64,000 nucleotides of DNA from Mangrovibacterium sp. GTDB taxonomy: Bacteria > Bacteroidota > Bacteroidia > Bacteroidales > Prolixibacteraceae. Under the pieces are notes generated by a model that was not told the DNA's origin, made no database searches, and saw only the letters and a list, made by a program, of their open reading frames with translations. The position numbers were made by a program, and so were the translations under genes. Location: contig NZ_JBFHIT010000009.1 in NCBI RefSeq assembly GCF_041596335.1, positions 29,458 to 93,457 on the forward strand, given 5' to 3'. Shown here piece after piece: positions 1 to 11,012 of this stretch; the first letter of the stretch is position 1, and each line of letters starts with the position of its first letter.

Positions 1-1
1 A

Positions 2-1396
2 CGTGGTGAAATTACTCGGGTAAAAATGCCTGAGATGGATGCCACGAAACGGGTCTGCTTTCAAGACAAAGAAGTCAATTTGGGGCTGGACAACACGAGT
101 GCGGTTCGTGAAGCGCAACGCTGTATGGATTGTGCGAACCCAACCTGTATTGATGGCTGTCCGGTTAGTATTAACATCCCCAAGTTCATCAAGAATATTG
201 AGCGGGGTGAGTTTATCGAAGCAGCAAAAACGTTGAAAGAAACCTCAGCGCTACCGGCTGTTTGTGGTCGGGTTTGTCCGCAGGAAAAACAGTGCGAGGC
301 TAGTTGTTTCTATACCTTAAAGTTGAAGAAAGATCCTGTTGCCATTGGCTATTTGGAACGCTTTGCTGCCGATTATGAGCGCGAGAGCGGGCAGGTAACC
401 GTTCCGCCAATTGCTCCTAAAAATGGCATAAAAGTGGCGGCTATTGGTTCGGGACCGGCTTCGTTGTCGTTTGCCGGCGACATGATAAAATTGGGATATG
501 ATGTTACTGTTTTCGAAGCTTTGCACGAAATTGGCGGTGTGTTGAAATATGGAATCCCCGAGTTTAGGCTACCCAATAGAGTGGTGGATGTGGAACTGCA
601 GAGTCTCGAGAAAATGGGGGTTCAATTCGAACGCAACTTTATTGTTGGACGAACGGCAACTTTTGACGATTTGAAAGACGAAGGTTATCAGGCATTTTTT
701 GTTGCCAGCGGTGCCGGATTGCCTCGTTTTATGAACGTTCCGGGTGAAAACTATAACGGAATTTTATCTTCAAATGAGTATCTGACACGGGTGAACTTAA
801 TGAATGCGGCAGACGGAAGCTTCGATACTCCGGTTTTGAAAGGTCAGAATGTCGCGGTAATCGGCGGCGGAAACACGGCAATGGATTCTGTTCGAACAGC
901 AAAGCGACTTGGAGCCGAACGGGCCATGATTGTTTATCGCCGTTCACGGGAGGAAATGCCGGCGCGGGTCGAAGAAATTCACCACGCTGAAGAAGAAGGG
1001 ATCGAGTTTATTAATCTGGCGAATCCGGTAGAATATTTTGCCGACGAGAAAGGCCGGGTGAAAAGCATGCGAATTCAACGGATGGAATTGGCCGAACCGG
1101 ATGCCTCTGGTCGGCGTCGCCCGGTCGTGATTGAAGGATCGGAATATGACATACCGGTTGATGTGGTCGTTGTTGCTATTGGCGTTTCACCAAACCCATT
1201 GGTGCCTTCCGAGCTGCCTGAACTGAAAGTAAGCCGATGGGGAACTATCGAAGTTGATCCGGAAACGATGCAAAGTTCCTTGCCTGAGTTGTTTGCCGGT
1301 GGCGATATCGTACGCGGCGGTGCAACGGTTATTTTGGCAATGGGCGATGGTCGCCGGGCTGCATCCGGTATGCACAAATATCTGATGGGAAATTAA
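2..1396 (+). CDS. gltA: NADPH-dependent glutamate synthase small subunit-like / NfnB (SudA) oxidoreductase, 5'-truncated by the window
   Basis: CxxCxxPxCxxxCP and CGRVCPQEKQCE Fe-S motifs; GSGPA and GGGNTAMD dinucleotide-binding motifs; frame is open from base 2 (RGEITRVKM...). Confidence 0.9.
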   Translation, partial: RGEITRVKMPEMDATKRVCFQDKEVNLGLDNTSAVREAQRCMDCANPTCIDGCPVSINIPKFIKNIERGEFIEAAKTLKETSALPAVCGRVCPQEKQCEASCFYTLKLKKDPVAIGYLERFAADYERESGQVTVPPIAPKNGIKVAAIGSGPASLSFAGDMIKLGYDVTVFEALHEIGGVLKYGIPEFRLPNRVVDVELQSLEKMGVQFERNFIVGRTATFDDLKDEGYQAFFVASGAGLPRFMNVPGENYNGILSSNEYLTRVNLMNAADGSFDTPVLKGQNVAVIGGGNTAMDSVRTAKRLGAERAMIVYRRSREEMPARVEEIHHAEEEGIEFINLANPVEYFADEKGRVKSMRIQRMELAEPDASGRRRPVVIEGSEYDIPVDVVVVAIGVSPNPLVPSELPELKVSRWGTIEVDPETMQSSLPELFAGGDIVRGGATVILAMGDGRRAASGMHKYLMGN

Positions 1397-1462
1397 TTTT
1401 ACGGCAGGACATTTGTTCTGCAATCAATTTAAAATTGACTAAATATCACAACTAGAAATAAT

Positions 1463-2449
1463 ATGGCGAATTTATCAACCCGTTTTTTTGGATTGGATTT
1501 GAAAAGCCCAATTATTGCCGGAAGCAGCAGTTTAACGGCTAGTGTTGATCAGATTGAGAAAATAGCAAAAGCCGGGGCTGGCGCGGTGGTGTTGAAATCG
1601 CTGTTTGAAGAAGAAATTCAATTGCAGTTTGACGCGGAATTACTCGATCGGAAAGCCCTCGCACCAGATCCGGAATATTTGGACTATTTCGACTATGTAA
1701 TTAAGGATGAAAGCTTAACTCGATACATTCACTTAGTTGCAGATGCGAAAAAAGCGGTGCAAATCCCGGTTGTTGCCAGCATTAGTTGCACAACTTCTTC
1801 GGATTGGACACAGTTTGCCCGAAAAATTGAGGATGCCGGAGCTGATGCGCTGGAGCTAAACCTGTTCATCATTCCGTCGAACGAAAATCGGAGCCATTCG
1901 CTCAACGAGCAGTTCTATTTCGATACAGTTAAAAAGGTGCTCGAGGTCGTTTCTATTCCGGTTACTGTTAAAATAAGCCATTATTTTTCCAATTTAGCCA
2001 AAGTGGTCAGCGAGTTATCGCAAACCGGAATTGCCGGCATTACGTTATTCAACCGTTTTTACACCCCCGATATTGACATCGAACTGGAAGAAGTCGGGAA
2101 TGCTGAAATTCTGAGCAATGGAACTGAATACCTACTTCCTCTAAGGTGGACTGGCATTTTAAGTTCAAAATCTGCTTGTCCGTTGGCAGGCACAAGCGGA
2201 ATTATGAGCCCCGATACAGCTATAAAATTCTTATTAGCCGGAGCAAATGCTGTTCAGGTAGCTTCGGTTTTGTACCAGGAAGGTGCGGAAGTAATTGAAG
2301 AATTTAATCGTTCGATTTCGAAATGGATGGACGGTAAAGGATATCGTTCCATCGATGAATTTAAAGGGAAACTGTGCCTAAAGACCAAGCAAATTGATGC
2401 TTGGGAAAGAACTCAATTTATGAACTATTTTGGTGGTTTAAGCTTTTAA
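1463..2449 (+). CDS. Dihydroorotate dehydrogenase-like flavoprotein
   Basis: SPIIAGSS, AGAVVLKSLF, ADALELN, IPVTVKIS, ANAVQVAS: FMN TIM-barrel DHODH motifs. Confidence 0.85.
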   Translation: MANLSTRFFGLDLKSPIIAGSSSLTASVDQIEKIAKAGAGAVVLKSLFEEEIQLQFDAELLDRKALAPDPEYLDYFDYVIKDESLTRYIHLVADAKKAVQIPVVASISCTTSSDWTQFARKIEDAGADALELNLFIIPSNENRSHSLNEQFYFDTVKKVLEVVSIPVTVKISHYFSNLAKVVSELSQTGIAGITLFNRFYTPDIDIELEEVGNAEILSNGTEYLLPLRWTGILSSKSACPLAGTSGIMSPDTAIKFLLAGANAVQVASVLYQEGAEVIEEFNRSISKWMDGKGYRSIDEFKGKLCLKTKQIDAWERTQFMNYFGGLSF

Positions 2450-2525
2450 TACAAGTGTTTACTTGAATCGCTTTTGCTTAAATCGGGTTTTTTTTATTGA
2501 AAAATGTATACTCAACGCGTTAATC

Positions 2526-4895
2526 ATGTTTAGAAAATATTTCATTCTTCAGATCGTTTGTGTGTTTATCTTTCAGCTTGGATTGGCTCAGCCACCGGCA
2601 AATGATAAACAGTTTGTAAGCTACAAAGTGAAATCGGGCGAAACCATTTACTCGATTAGTCGCGCGTTTGGTATTGAAGGGGAAGTATTGCTCAATGAGA
2701 ACCCGCAACTGGTTTCCGGGCTGAAAGCGGGGCAAGAACTTCGTATTCCGATACCAGGCGGGGAGAACTTGCAACAAGAAGAGTTACCTTCATTTTTGAC
2801 TTATCGAGTTAGGCGGGGGAATACCTTGCACTATATTGCCAAACGATTTGGAATAACAGTTGAAGACATTGTGCACTATAATCCACAAGCTGAAAGCGGC
2901 ATAAAGAGGGGAGATCGACTTCGTATTCCGGATAAAGATGATTTAGCACGGATTAAAGAAAAAGCCGCAAAGGCAAAAGAGGTGGAGAGCTCAGGTTTAC
3001 AAATTCACATCGTGAAAACAGGAGAAACGCTTTATTCGATATCGAAGAAATACAATTGCTCGGTTGTCGATATTCTGAAGGTAAATCCTAATGCAGGACA
3101 GAATTTAGCCATTGGAATGAAACTTCAGATTCCTTCAACGCAGGTTGAAAGTGATTCACAAAACCAAACAAACGAATCGACTGATCAATCGGTTCGGTCA
3201 GATTCTTTTTTTATTCATTTGGTTGAAAGCGGTGAAACATTCTGGAGTCTGGAGCAAAAATATCACACAACAAAAGCCGAATTAATCGACTATAATCCGG
3301 TTTTGCGTGAAGGATTGAAAGTCGGATTTCGAATTCGGATTCCTAATAAAAATGTCCCATCGATAGAAGTTGTACCAACTGACGAAAGCGCTTTTACAAA
3401 GTATGAAGTTAAACGGGGAGAAACGGTTTATGGGTTGGCAAAACGTTTTAACCGGACAGTTGCGGAACTTAAACGGGTGAATCCGGTGTTGGATTACCGG
3501 GGATTAGTTGAAGGGGAAACTATTTTAATCCCTAACGAACTAAAAACAGATGTGGTTGCGCAAACACCGGGATCTGATTCGGATCGGGAAGTCGAAAGTT
3601 CGCTGGATTATCTGTCCTCTGTTGAATTTCGGTTGGAAGATGTACCGGAAAATTGCCGGCCTAATCCGCTTGCCCGGTTTGAGCATTACAATGTCGCCTT
3701 GTTGTTACCGCTTTATCTTTCGGCCAACGATACGATTAATCGTGAACGTGTATTGCCTGATCCGAATAGCCCGACGTACGAGGATGATTTGTTGTTTTTG
3801 GCCGATTCGTTCCGGGTGCGCGAAAACCGGATTGTTTATCCACACTCCGAAAGCTTTGTCCAGTTTTACGAAGGTGTACTTTTGGCAGTCGATAGCTTAA
3901 AACGTGCGGGAATGAATGTCAAACTGCATGTTTTCGATACCGACAAAAAGGCCTCCGCAATCCAATCTATTCTTTATCGTCCTGAGTTCCGGGATGTCGA
4001 TTTAATTATTGGACCGGTATTCCCCGAATTGCAGGGACCGGTTGCTGAGTTTGCCCGTCAACACGAAATCCCCATGGTGTCGCCACTTTCTTCGTCAGGA
4101 AATTTGGAGCAGACTAATCCGTATTATTTTAAAATAAGCCCGAGTAAAGAGTATCTAATTCGTCAAACAGCATCGTACATTGCTGATGAGTATTTTGATA
4201 AGAATTTAATTGTTTTGCCGATGGGGGAATACAAACACTTGCCTGAAGCAGAACTGGTGAATTTATCCCGTGAGAAATTTTTCATATCACCCTATCGAAA
4301 ACAAACAGATCAGATACTTTTTCATGAATATAATTTAGCACAAGAAGGAGCACTGGGCTTGTCCCGAATTTTATTGAAAGACCAGGAAAATGTGTTCATT
4401 ATTCCAACTGAAACCGAAGCACAACTGAGCGTGGCGGTGACTAATTTGAATGCTATTGCAGAGAATTATCCGGTAACCTTGGTTGGTTTATCCAATTTTC
4501 AACGGTATAAAAGTATTCAAACGGAATACTACCATCATACGAACCTGAATCTGTTAAGTCCTTATCATATCGATTACAAGGCGCCATTAGTTAATCAGTT
4601 TTTGTATCAATTCCGTAAGAATTTTTGTGCCGAACCGAATCAGTTTAGTTTTCAGGGATATGACATTGCCTATTACTTTATGTCGGCTATGTTTAGCTAT
4701 GGCAAAGATTTCATAAGGTGCTTGCCCTATCACCAAGTGGAACTTACTCAAGCTGAATTTCATTTTGAGAAAGTCAATCGGGATGGCGGATACATAAATC
4801 AAGGGCTATTTATTTTGGAGTATGAGCCTGATTACAGCATCCGACTGAAAGGAATAAGCGGAAAACCGATGTATCACCTAAGTGAAACAAAGTAG
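2526..4895 (+). CDS. Secreted protein with 5 LysM domains and a C-terminal periplasmic-binding-protein type 1 domain
   Basis: Five Y/HxVxxGET...NP...G..L.IP repeats; NVALLLPL, FYEGVLLAVDSL, DLIIGP; signal peptide from MFRKY (start chosen at 2526, the track starts at 2463). Confidence 0.85.
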   Translation: MFRKYFILQIVCVFIFQLGLAQPPANDKQFVSYKVKSGETIYSISRAFGIEGEVLLNENPQLVSGLKAGQELRIPIPGGENLQQEELPSFLTYRVRRGNTLHYIAKRFGITVEDIVHYNPQAESGIKRGDRLRIPDKDDLARIKEKAAKAKEVESSGLQIHIVKTGETLYSISKKYNCSVVDILKVNPNAGQNLAIGMKLQIPSTQVESDSQNQTNESTDQSVRSDSFFIHLVESGETFWSLEQKYHTTKAELIDYNPVLREGLKVGFRIRIPNKNVPSIEVVPTDESAFTKYEVKRGETVYGLAKRFNRTVAELKRVNPVLDYRGLVEGETILIPNELKTDVVAQTPGSDSDREVESSLDYLSSVEFRLEDVPENCRPNPLARFEHYNVALLLPLYLSANDTINRERVLPDPNSPTYEDDLLFLADSFRVRENRIVYPHSESFVQFYEGVLLAVDSLKRAGMNVKLHVFDTDKKASAIQSILYRPEFRDVDLIIGPVFPELQGPVAEFARQHEIPMVSPLSSSGNLEQTNPYYFKISPSKEYLIRQTASYIADEYFDKNLIVLPMGEYKHLPEAELVNLSREKFFISPYRKQTDQILFHEYNLAQEGALGLSRILLKDQENVFIIPTETEAQLSVAVTNLNAIAENYPVTLVGLSNFQRYKSIQTEYYHHTNLNLLSPYHIDYKAPLVNQFLYQFRKNFCAEPNQFSFQGYDIAYYFMSAMFSYGKDFIRCLPYHQVELTQAEFHFEKVNRDGGYINQGLFILEYEPDYSIRLKGISGKPMYHLSETK

Positions 4896-4898
4896 AAC

Positions 4899-4935
4899 AA
4901 GAACGGGGAAATGTAGCAATCATTTCCCCGTTCTT
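4899..4935. terminator. Bidirectional intrinsic terminator between convergent genes
   Basis: 15-bp stem AAGAACGGGGAAATG / CATTTCCCCGTTCTT. Confidence 0.85.
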
Positions 4936-4955
4936 ATTTTGTTTGAAGCTGAAGG

Positions 4956-6176
4956 TCATTCTAATTCTGCAAATGTTTTCTTAATTCGTTTAATCGCATC
5001 TAGCATTTCATCCTGAGTGATAATCAGTGGAGGAGTAAACCGAATAATATTCTCGTGTGTTGGTTTCGCGAGAATTCCATTTTCTTTCATTGCCAGACAA
5101 ACGTCCCATGCGGTTTTGCCTTTTGTTGGTTTAATCACAATCGCATTCAACAAGCCTTTCCCACGAACCTGCTGAATTAACTCTGATTTTACTGCGCTCA
5201 TCTCGGAACGGAACAATTCACCTATTTTGGTCGCATTATCAGCCAGTTTTTCCTCTTGTAAAACCTCGAGTGCCCTAATCGCTACTTTGGCTGCAATCGG
5301 GTTTCCTCCATAGGTTGAACCATGCTCGCCGGGTTTTATTGTCAGCATTATTTTGTCATCGGCCAATACACATGAAACCGGGTAAAGCCCTCCTGAAATT
5401 GCCTTGCCTAGTATTAAAATGTCAGGGCGTACATTCTCATGGTCGCAGGCAAGCATTTTCCCGGTACGGGCAAGACCTGTTTGTACTTCGTCGGCAACAA
5501 ACAGGGCGTTGTGTTTTTTGCATAAGTCCGCCGCTTTTTTCAAATAGCCGTCTTCGGGCAAATAAACTCCTGCTTCAGCCTGTATAGGTTCTACTAAAAA
5601 TCCAGCGACATCAGGTTGTTTTAGCGCGTTTTCCAGTGCTTCCAGGTCGTTGTAAGGTGTGTTAATAAATCCTGGAGTAAAGGGGCCATAATCCGAATAG
5701 GCATCAGGATCGGATGACATGGATACGATTGTGATGGTACGGCCATGAAAATTGCCATTGCAAACCACTATTTTCGCCTGATTTTGGGGGATTCCTTTTA
5801 CTTTATAGGCCCATTTTCGGGTTAGTTTTAGAGCTGTTTCTACTGCCTCGGCTCCTGAGTTCATGGGAAGCATTTTGTCGTAACCAAATAACCTGGTCGT
5901 ATATTCTTCCCATTCGCCCAAAACATTATTGTAGTATGCTCTGGAGGTGAGTGCCAGTTTCTGAGCTTGCTCAATCAGCGCATTCACGATTTTTGGATGG
6001 CAATGACCTTGGTTAACAGCCGAGTAGGCTGCAAGGAAATCGTAATATTTTTTTCCTTCTACATCCCAAACAAAAACACCTTGTCCACGCTCGAGCACAA
6101 CTGGTAGCGGATGATAGTTGTGCGCGCCAAACCGGTCTTCCCGGTTCATGTAATAAGTTGAATCTTTTGTTTGCAT
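4956..6176 (-). CDS. rocD: Ornithine--oxo-acid aminotransferase
   Basis: [55 protein letters not shown] lysine; start at MQTK chosen. Confidence 0.92.
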   Translation of the reverse strand: MQTKDSTYYMNREDRFGAHNYHPLPVVLERGQGVFVWDVEGKKYYDFLAAYSAVNQGHCHPKIVNALIEQAQKLALTSRAYYNNVLGEWEEYTTRLFGYDKMLPMNSGAEAVETALKLTRKWAYKVKGIPQNQAKIVVCNGNFHGRTITIVSMSSDPDAYSDYGPFTPGFINTPYNDLEALENALKQPDVAGFLVEPIQAEAGVYLPEDGYLKKAADLCKKHNALFVADEVQTGLARTGKMLACDHENVRPDILILGKAISGGLYPVSCVLADDKIMLTIKPGEHGSTYGGNPIAAKVAIRALEVLQEEKLADNATKIGELFRSEMSAVKSELIQQVRGKGLLNAIVIKPTKGKTAWDVCLAMKENGILAKPTHENIIRFTPPLIITQDEMLDAIKRIKKTFAELE

Positions 6177-6327
6177 AAAAATAGCTTTACCAAATTGTTT
6201 ATGCAGATTTAACAATTATTCGGCTGATAACAAAACAGATGGAACTGTTCGAAAATATGGACAAGCATGAATATTGTAATTGTTTTCGACCCTGAAATTC
6301 AGTATATAAACGAGATCAGAGAGTTGG

Positions 6328-8382
6328 CTATTTCCAAAAACGGATGACCAGCATTTCGGTCAGGGCAAAAAGCAATGCGAGCAACAGCGCAAATTTCCAT
6401 AATTCAATCACATTCGCATTGCTACTGTTTTGCTCAAGCCAACTGCCGTTGTCCCGCTTAAAAATCTGACAATTCACTCCCGAGCTCTTAGCAATGTTTT
6501 CTAATTCGTCGGAAGAGTAAAAACTCAAATCAGATTCCAATCGGCTGTAGTTGAAAGCTAAAGGAATTTCGACTCCTTCAGCCGATGACAGGTTGTAAAA
6601 GCCCGCTTCGTGGATCATGTCACCGGTTGAAAAGCGATAGTCGGTGTAACGATCGTTTAAATTGGGCACCTGAACCGGATTATCCTCTCCGGGTCTTTTT
6701 AGAAACAAGTTTTCAGATTGGTTGATTTGTTGGCCTAATTTGAGACTTATAATCTGATTGTTTTGCACCGGGTATTCGATTGTTTGCGGGAAATAGCTGT
6801 GAAGCGCAATATTGTAGATGACCGGAACAAAAAGAGCATGGCGGTAGAAATCGGACGCGTTAACTGATAGTGGAAAGGTAAATTGATACAGCCTTCCTTG
6901 TTCAAACGGAAACTCGGATAATGCCGCGCTGCCATTGTTGTTGGTCATAATGGTCGTTCCAACAGTTTGTACTTTTTGTTTCAGCGGAAAATAGATCTGG
7001 ATTGAGGGGAGTTTAACCCGATCGTAATCGCGGGTGAAGACATCGTGAAAAAGATGATGCTGCAGATTCAGACGATCTATTTTTAAGGGCGATGTGACAT
7101 TGTTGTCGAACTGTAAGGCGTTTAGTTGGCTGAACAACTCATTGTATGAGGTTTGATCGATTGTTTCGCCTGGAAAAACAGCGACACTTCCTCCGTCCTT
7201 AATAAAACTGACGAGTGCCGTTTGTAGTCCTTTGGAAAGAGTAGGCAAGTTGACCAAAAAAATGCATTGGTACTCTGCAAAGCGACTTATTTGTAGTCGG
7301 TTGTCTGACATTTTTTGCAGCCTGACTTGCTCGTCCTGATAAAACAATTTTTCAATCCATTGATTGGCCGGATCGTTTTCGGGACTGATTAAAAGAGTCG
7401 AAACATGCGGATCAACGCGATAACTGAAATAGTAGGAATTGTCGTAGCTTATCGGATAATCATCCAATTCCAGTTTGCAGTAGTGGTTCCCCTGTTTTCG
7501 ATTTTGGTAGCTTATTTCGGCTTCAATCGTTTCGCCAGCTTTCAAATTAATTGTTTGCATCGATCTCAACGAGTCATTCAACAAAAAGCGCAACGGAATA
7601 TTATTGAACGATTTGGTGGAACGATTCGTAATTCTGGCTTTCAATACTTCGAGCTGCCCCTGTAATCGGCCTGGAGAATGAAGCCAGCACGTGTCAATAA
7701 CCAAATTGTTGACCTCTGGTTGTGCCATTGGTATCAAGTAAATCTGGGTCTTATCATCAACTTCAACCTGATTTAAATCGGTCACGTTTCGTTGGAAGTC
7801 TGACAGCAAATAAATGTTTTTGTCGAGCTTTGGGTGATTAGATTCAAGCTGTTTAGTTAGAATTGCGACAACCTTGCTCAACGGCATGTTGGCAGCAGAG
7901 CTTTTAATTTTTCCAATTTCGCTGATGAGTTCCTCTTTTGTGAGGCTGAGCCGTTGTTGCGATGTCGCATCATTGGTTAAAAGCATAAAATGTGTGCCGG
8001 GCAGAAAGCTATTAGCCAGTTCAATTGATTTTATTTTAGCCTCTTCCAATAGCGTTCCGTTCCCCGAAATTCCATTCATCGAAAACGAATTGTCGATGTA
8101 GATGCCGATTGAATTTTCGGAATTAGGTGCACTGGAGCTCCCCAGTGGAATATAAGGCTGAGCAAATGCCAGTACAATAAAGGCGACAATAAGAATACGG
8201 CAAGCCAAAATCACCAGTTGTTTCAGATTCTGCTTCTTTTTCGATTCGTCGTAAAGTATTTTTAAAAAGTCAACCTGACTGAAATAAACCGTCTTATAGC
8301 GTTTGAATTGCAGAATGTGAATCAGTATTGGTAGGCACACCAGACTAAGCGCAAAAAGAAAATTAGGGTCGGCAAATTTCAT
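6328..8382 (-). CDS. BatA N-terminal double-transmembrane domain protein (vWA-associated)
   Basis: MKFADPNFLFAL...PILIH...FSQVDFL N-terminus; YIDNSFSM vWA-like motif; C-terminal TM segment ending IRFWK. Confidence 0.8.
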   Translation of the reverse strand: MKFADPNFLFALSLVCLPILIHILQFKRYKTVYFSQVDFLKILYDESKKKQNLKQLVILACRILIVAFIVLAFAQPYIPLGSSSAPNSENSIGIYIDNSFSMNGISGNGTLLEEAKIKSIELANSFLPGTHFMLLTNDATSQQRLSLTKEELISEIGKIKSSAANMPLSKVVAILTKQLESNHPKLDKNIYLLSDFQRNVTDLNQVEVDDKTQIYLIPMAQPEVNNLVIDTCWLHSPGRLQGQLEVLKARITNRSTKSFNNIPLRFLLNDSLRSMQTINLKAGETIEAEISYQNRKQGNHYCKLELDDYPISYDNSYYFSYRVDPHVSTLLISPENDPANQWIEKLFYQDEQVRLQKMSDNRLQISRFAEYQCIFLVNLPTLSKGLQTALVSFIKDGGSVAVFPGETIDQTSYNELFSQLNALQFDNNVTSPLKIDRLNLQHHLFHDVFTRDYDRVKLPSIQIYFPLKQKVQTVGTTIMTNNNGSAALSEFPFEQGRLYQFTFPLSVNASDFYRHALFVPVIYNIALHSYFPQTIEYPVQNNQIISLKLGQQINQSENLFLKRPGEDNPVQVPNLNDRYTDYRFSTGDMIHEAGFYNLSSAEGVEIPLAFNYSRLESDLSFYSSDELENIAKSSGVNCQIFKRDNGSWLEQNSSNANVIELWKFALLLALLFALTEMLVIRFWK

Positions 8383-8706
8383 TACTATGGTTTTGGAATT
8401 CTAAATTGGGCTAGATCACCCTATATTTTTTAGTAGAAAATCAACCGCATAATTATTGAAAATTTTCGATGATCTTCGATTATAGAATGCAATAATATCC
8501 AAAAATAAGCGAATACCGGGTAATTTGCCGGCAATTTCATGGATTGATTCATGAATTTGCATGTACTTGTGTTTGTTTAGTATTTTTATGGAATTATAAA
8601 ACAAAAACAGCACGAGATATGTTAATTCTTTAGTTTGTTTTCTATTTTGCAGAGAAATGCATGATAACTGGTTTTTGACAAAAAGCACTGATAAAAGACA
8701 CGGAAT

Positions 8707-9591
8707 ATGAATTACTATACGATTAAAGATCTTGAAACACTTTCCGGCATTAAGGCACATACCATCAGGATTTGGGAAAAACGCTATGGTTTGCTGGTTC
8801 CTGAACGAACGACTACGAACATTCGATTTTATACCGATGATGAATTGAAGCACATGCTAAACGTTGCTGCACTAGTGAAGCGTGGCCATAAAATATCTAA
8901 AGTTTCAGCTTACAGCAACGACCAAATTCATGAAGAGGTGCTGAAACTGAATATAAAGTCGAGTTCAATGGATGATTATTTAGATCAGCTAGTTATCCAT
9001 ATTGTTGATTTTGATACTCTTAAATTTGAATCCTTGCTGGACGAACTTCAAACGCGATTTGGTTTTGAAAAATTTATTGTAGAGCTTGTTTTTCCCTTGT
9101 TCCATAAAATTGGTGTTTATTGGCAAATCGGAAGCATGTTTCCTGCCCAGGAGCATCTGATTTCAAACTTGATTCGCAAACGGTTAATAATTGAAAGCTC
9201 GAAATTTAAACCAGCAGCAAATCCACAAACGGCTTTGTTTTTCCTTCCCGAGGGTGAATTGCATGAGTTGGGTTTGTTGTTTGTCCAATATTTGGTTGTT
9301 AAACATCATTTTAAACCAATTTATCTGGGGCAGAATGTGCCTTTTGAAGACTTGAAAAATATGGCGGGTAACACGAGTTTTGATCTTGTCGTGACCTCTT
9401 TTGTAAATGTCAAAGAGAAAGCTGAAATGGAAGAATATTTGAATGAATTGAGTGCTGTTTTTAATTCAAGTCGGATATTGATTAGTGGACAACAAGTTCG
9501 AATTCAGCAGCCTGAATTGCCTGCGAATGTCCATTTCATAAGCCATTCGCAGGACGTGGGAGACCTAATTGCTCAAATAAAAAGGCGCTAG
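8707..9591 (+). CDS. MerR-family regulator with cobalamin-binding domain (CarH/LitR-like)
   Basis: YTIKDLETLSGIKAHTIRIWEKRY MerR HTH; W-x9-EH (WQIGSMFPAQEH) and ExHxxG (ELHELG) B12 motifs. Confidence 0.85.
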   Translation: MNYYTIKDLETLSGIKAHTIRIWEKRYGLLVPERTTTNIRFYTDDELKHMLNVAALVKRGHKISKVSAYSNDQIHEEVLKLNIKSSSMDDYLDQLVIHIVDFDTLKFESLLDELQTRFGFEKFIVELVFPLFHKIGVYWQIGSMFPAQEHLISNLIRKRLIIESSKFKPAANPQTALFFLPEGELHELGLLFVQYLVVKHHFKPIYLGQNVPFEDLKNMAGNTSFDLVVTSFVNVKEKAEMEEYLNELSAVFNSSRILISGQQVRIQQPELPANVHFISHSQDVGDLIAQIKRR

Positions 9592-9628
9592 CCAGTGCGG
9601 AATTAAACGCTGGGGCGCGAAATGAAAT

Positions 9629-10027
9629 TCAGGGTAGTTTAGTCCCTTTTGCACCCCACCAATAAAAAGCCTGCATTTTTAGGCGGTTGGTTTTTACAGC
9701 CGGGTCTTCAGCCTCCATTTTTATCGCTTCCTCCAGACTGTCGACATCAAAAATCAGCAGTCCGCGAAATTCACCGCCGTTTTCAAACGGGCCAGCCATT
9801 ACCAGCTTACCCGATTCAGCCATCTTATTAAGATGAGCTAGATGCAGTTCTTGCATTTTTGCTGCCTCCAGCGAATCTTTACTGCGTTCGGTACCGCTCA
9901 AAAGGTGCATAAAAACATACCGCTTCATAATGTACGTTGTGTCACCTTCTGTCATTGCAAATTCGCGTTGTGCGATCGTCGTTAAACTTATCCATAGCAA
10001 TGCGAACGTTAAAATAGTCTTGATCAT
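9629..10027 (-). CDS. YciI-family protein with signal peptide
   Basis: HLAHLNKM...LVMAGPF...GLLIFDV...DPAV. Confidence 0.75.
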   Translation of the reverse strand: MIKTILTFALLWISLTTIAQREFAMTEGDTTYIMKRYVFMHLLSGTERSKDSLEAAKMQELHLAHLNKMAESGKLVMAGPFENGGEFRGLLIFDVDSLEEAIKMEAEDPAVKTNRLKMQAFYWWGAKGTKLP

Positions 10028-10045
10028 GTTGCTGATTTTTATGAA

Positions 10046-10612
10046 TTACTTTACGCTACTCTTCAACCGGTCTTTAAAAACATCTCGGAATTTTTCCAGT
10101 TTGGGAATGATCACAAATTGGCAATAACCTTGCGACGGATTATTCTGAAGGTAGTCCTGATGATATTCTTCAGCCGGGAAAAAATTAGTCCAGGGAGATA
10201 CTTCGGTAACCACTTTCGTACCAAAAATTTGACCGGAGTTTAACTGCGTAATCACGGCCTCTGCTATTTGTTTCTGACGGTCGTTGTGATAAAATATTAC
10301 CGATCGGTATTGGGTTCCGGTGTCTCCACCTTGTCGGTTTAAGGTAGTAGGGTCGTGGGTCGCGAAAAAGACTTCGAGTATTTCAACGAAACTTAAAACT
10401 TCAGGATTGAATTCGATTTCAACAGCTTCGGCATGTCCGGTTCGGCCACTACAAACTTCTCGGTACGACGGATTTATGATTTCGCCTCCAGAGTATCCTG
10501 ATGTAACTGAAATGACACCTTTTAGCTCTTTATAAATTGCTTCGGTGCACCAAAAGCAGCCACCACCTAGTGTCGCAATTTCTGTTGTAATCGTTTTCTC
10601 GTTTGTCATCAT
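10046..10612 (-). CDS. msrA: Peptide-methionine (S)-S-oxide reductase
   Basis: GGGCFWCTEA, GHAEAV, RQGGDTGTQYRS, AEEYHQDY. Confidence 0.95.
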   Translation of the reverse strand: MMTNEKTITTEIATLGGGCFWCTEAIYKELKGVISVTSGYSGGEIINPSYREVCSGRTGHAEAVEIEFNPEVLSFVEILEVFFATHDPTTLNRQGGDTGTQYRSVIFYHNDRQKQIAEAVITQLNSGQIFGTKVVTEVSPWTNFFPAEEYHQDYLQNNPSQGYCQFVIIPKLEKFRDVFKDRLKSSVK

Positions 10613-11012
10613 ATAAAAGTTTAGAAAGATGATCGTCAGTAGTTATTTCATTCTTTCGTGTTCTTATTTCAGGTCGATTCCGAATCGTCTGGCAAATTCG
10701 AATTGTCGCGTCATGTGAACAAGAACAAGCAGGTTGATTGAAAAGTCGGAGCATTATGCGCCGACATAAAAGGGTATTTTAAAATACCTTTTTAGCTGAT
10801 CAATGTTGTGCTCCTATCGATTGAGTAGACAAAACAACAAAGAACAGTTGTCGGTTCGAGCTAACCCGCTTGTATTTCACCAAATTACGATGCAAAGAAA
10901 TGTGTCAAAAGTCAACAAGCTTGTGTCCGTAATAGGATCGATTTCTTGCCACAGAGGCTGAATTTAACACAGATCGGCTGATCAGAATAAACAAAGGAAT
11001 CTGAATTTAGTT

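Noticed and set aside
8416-8853. 145-aa minus-strand ORF
   Set aside because: Overlaps the MerR gene and an AT-rich promoter region; no recognisable protein features.
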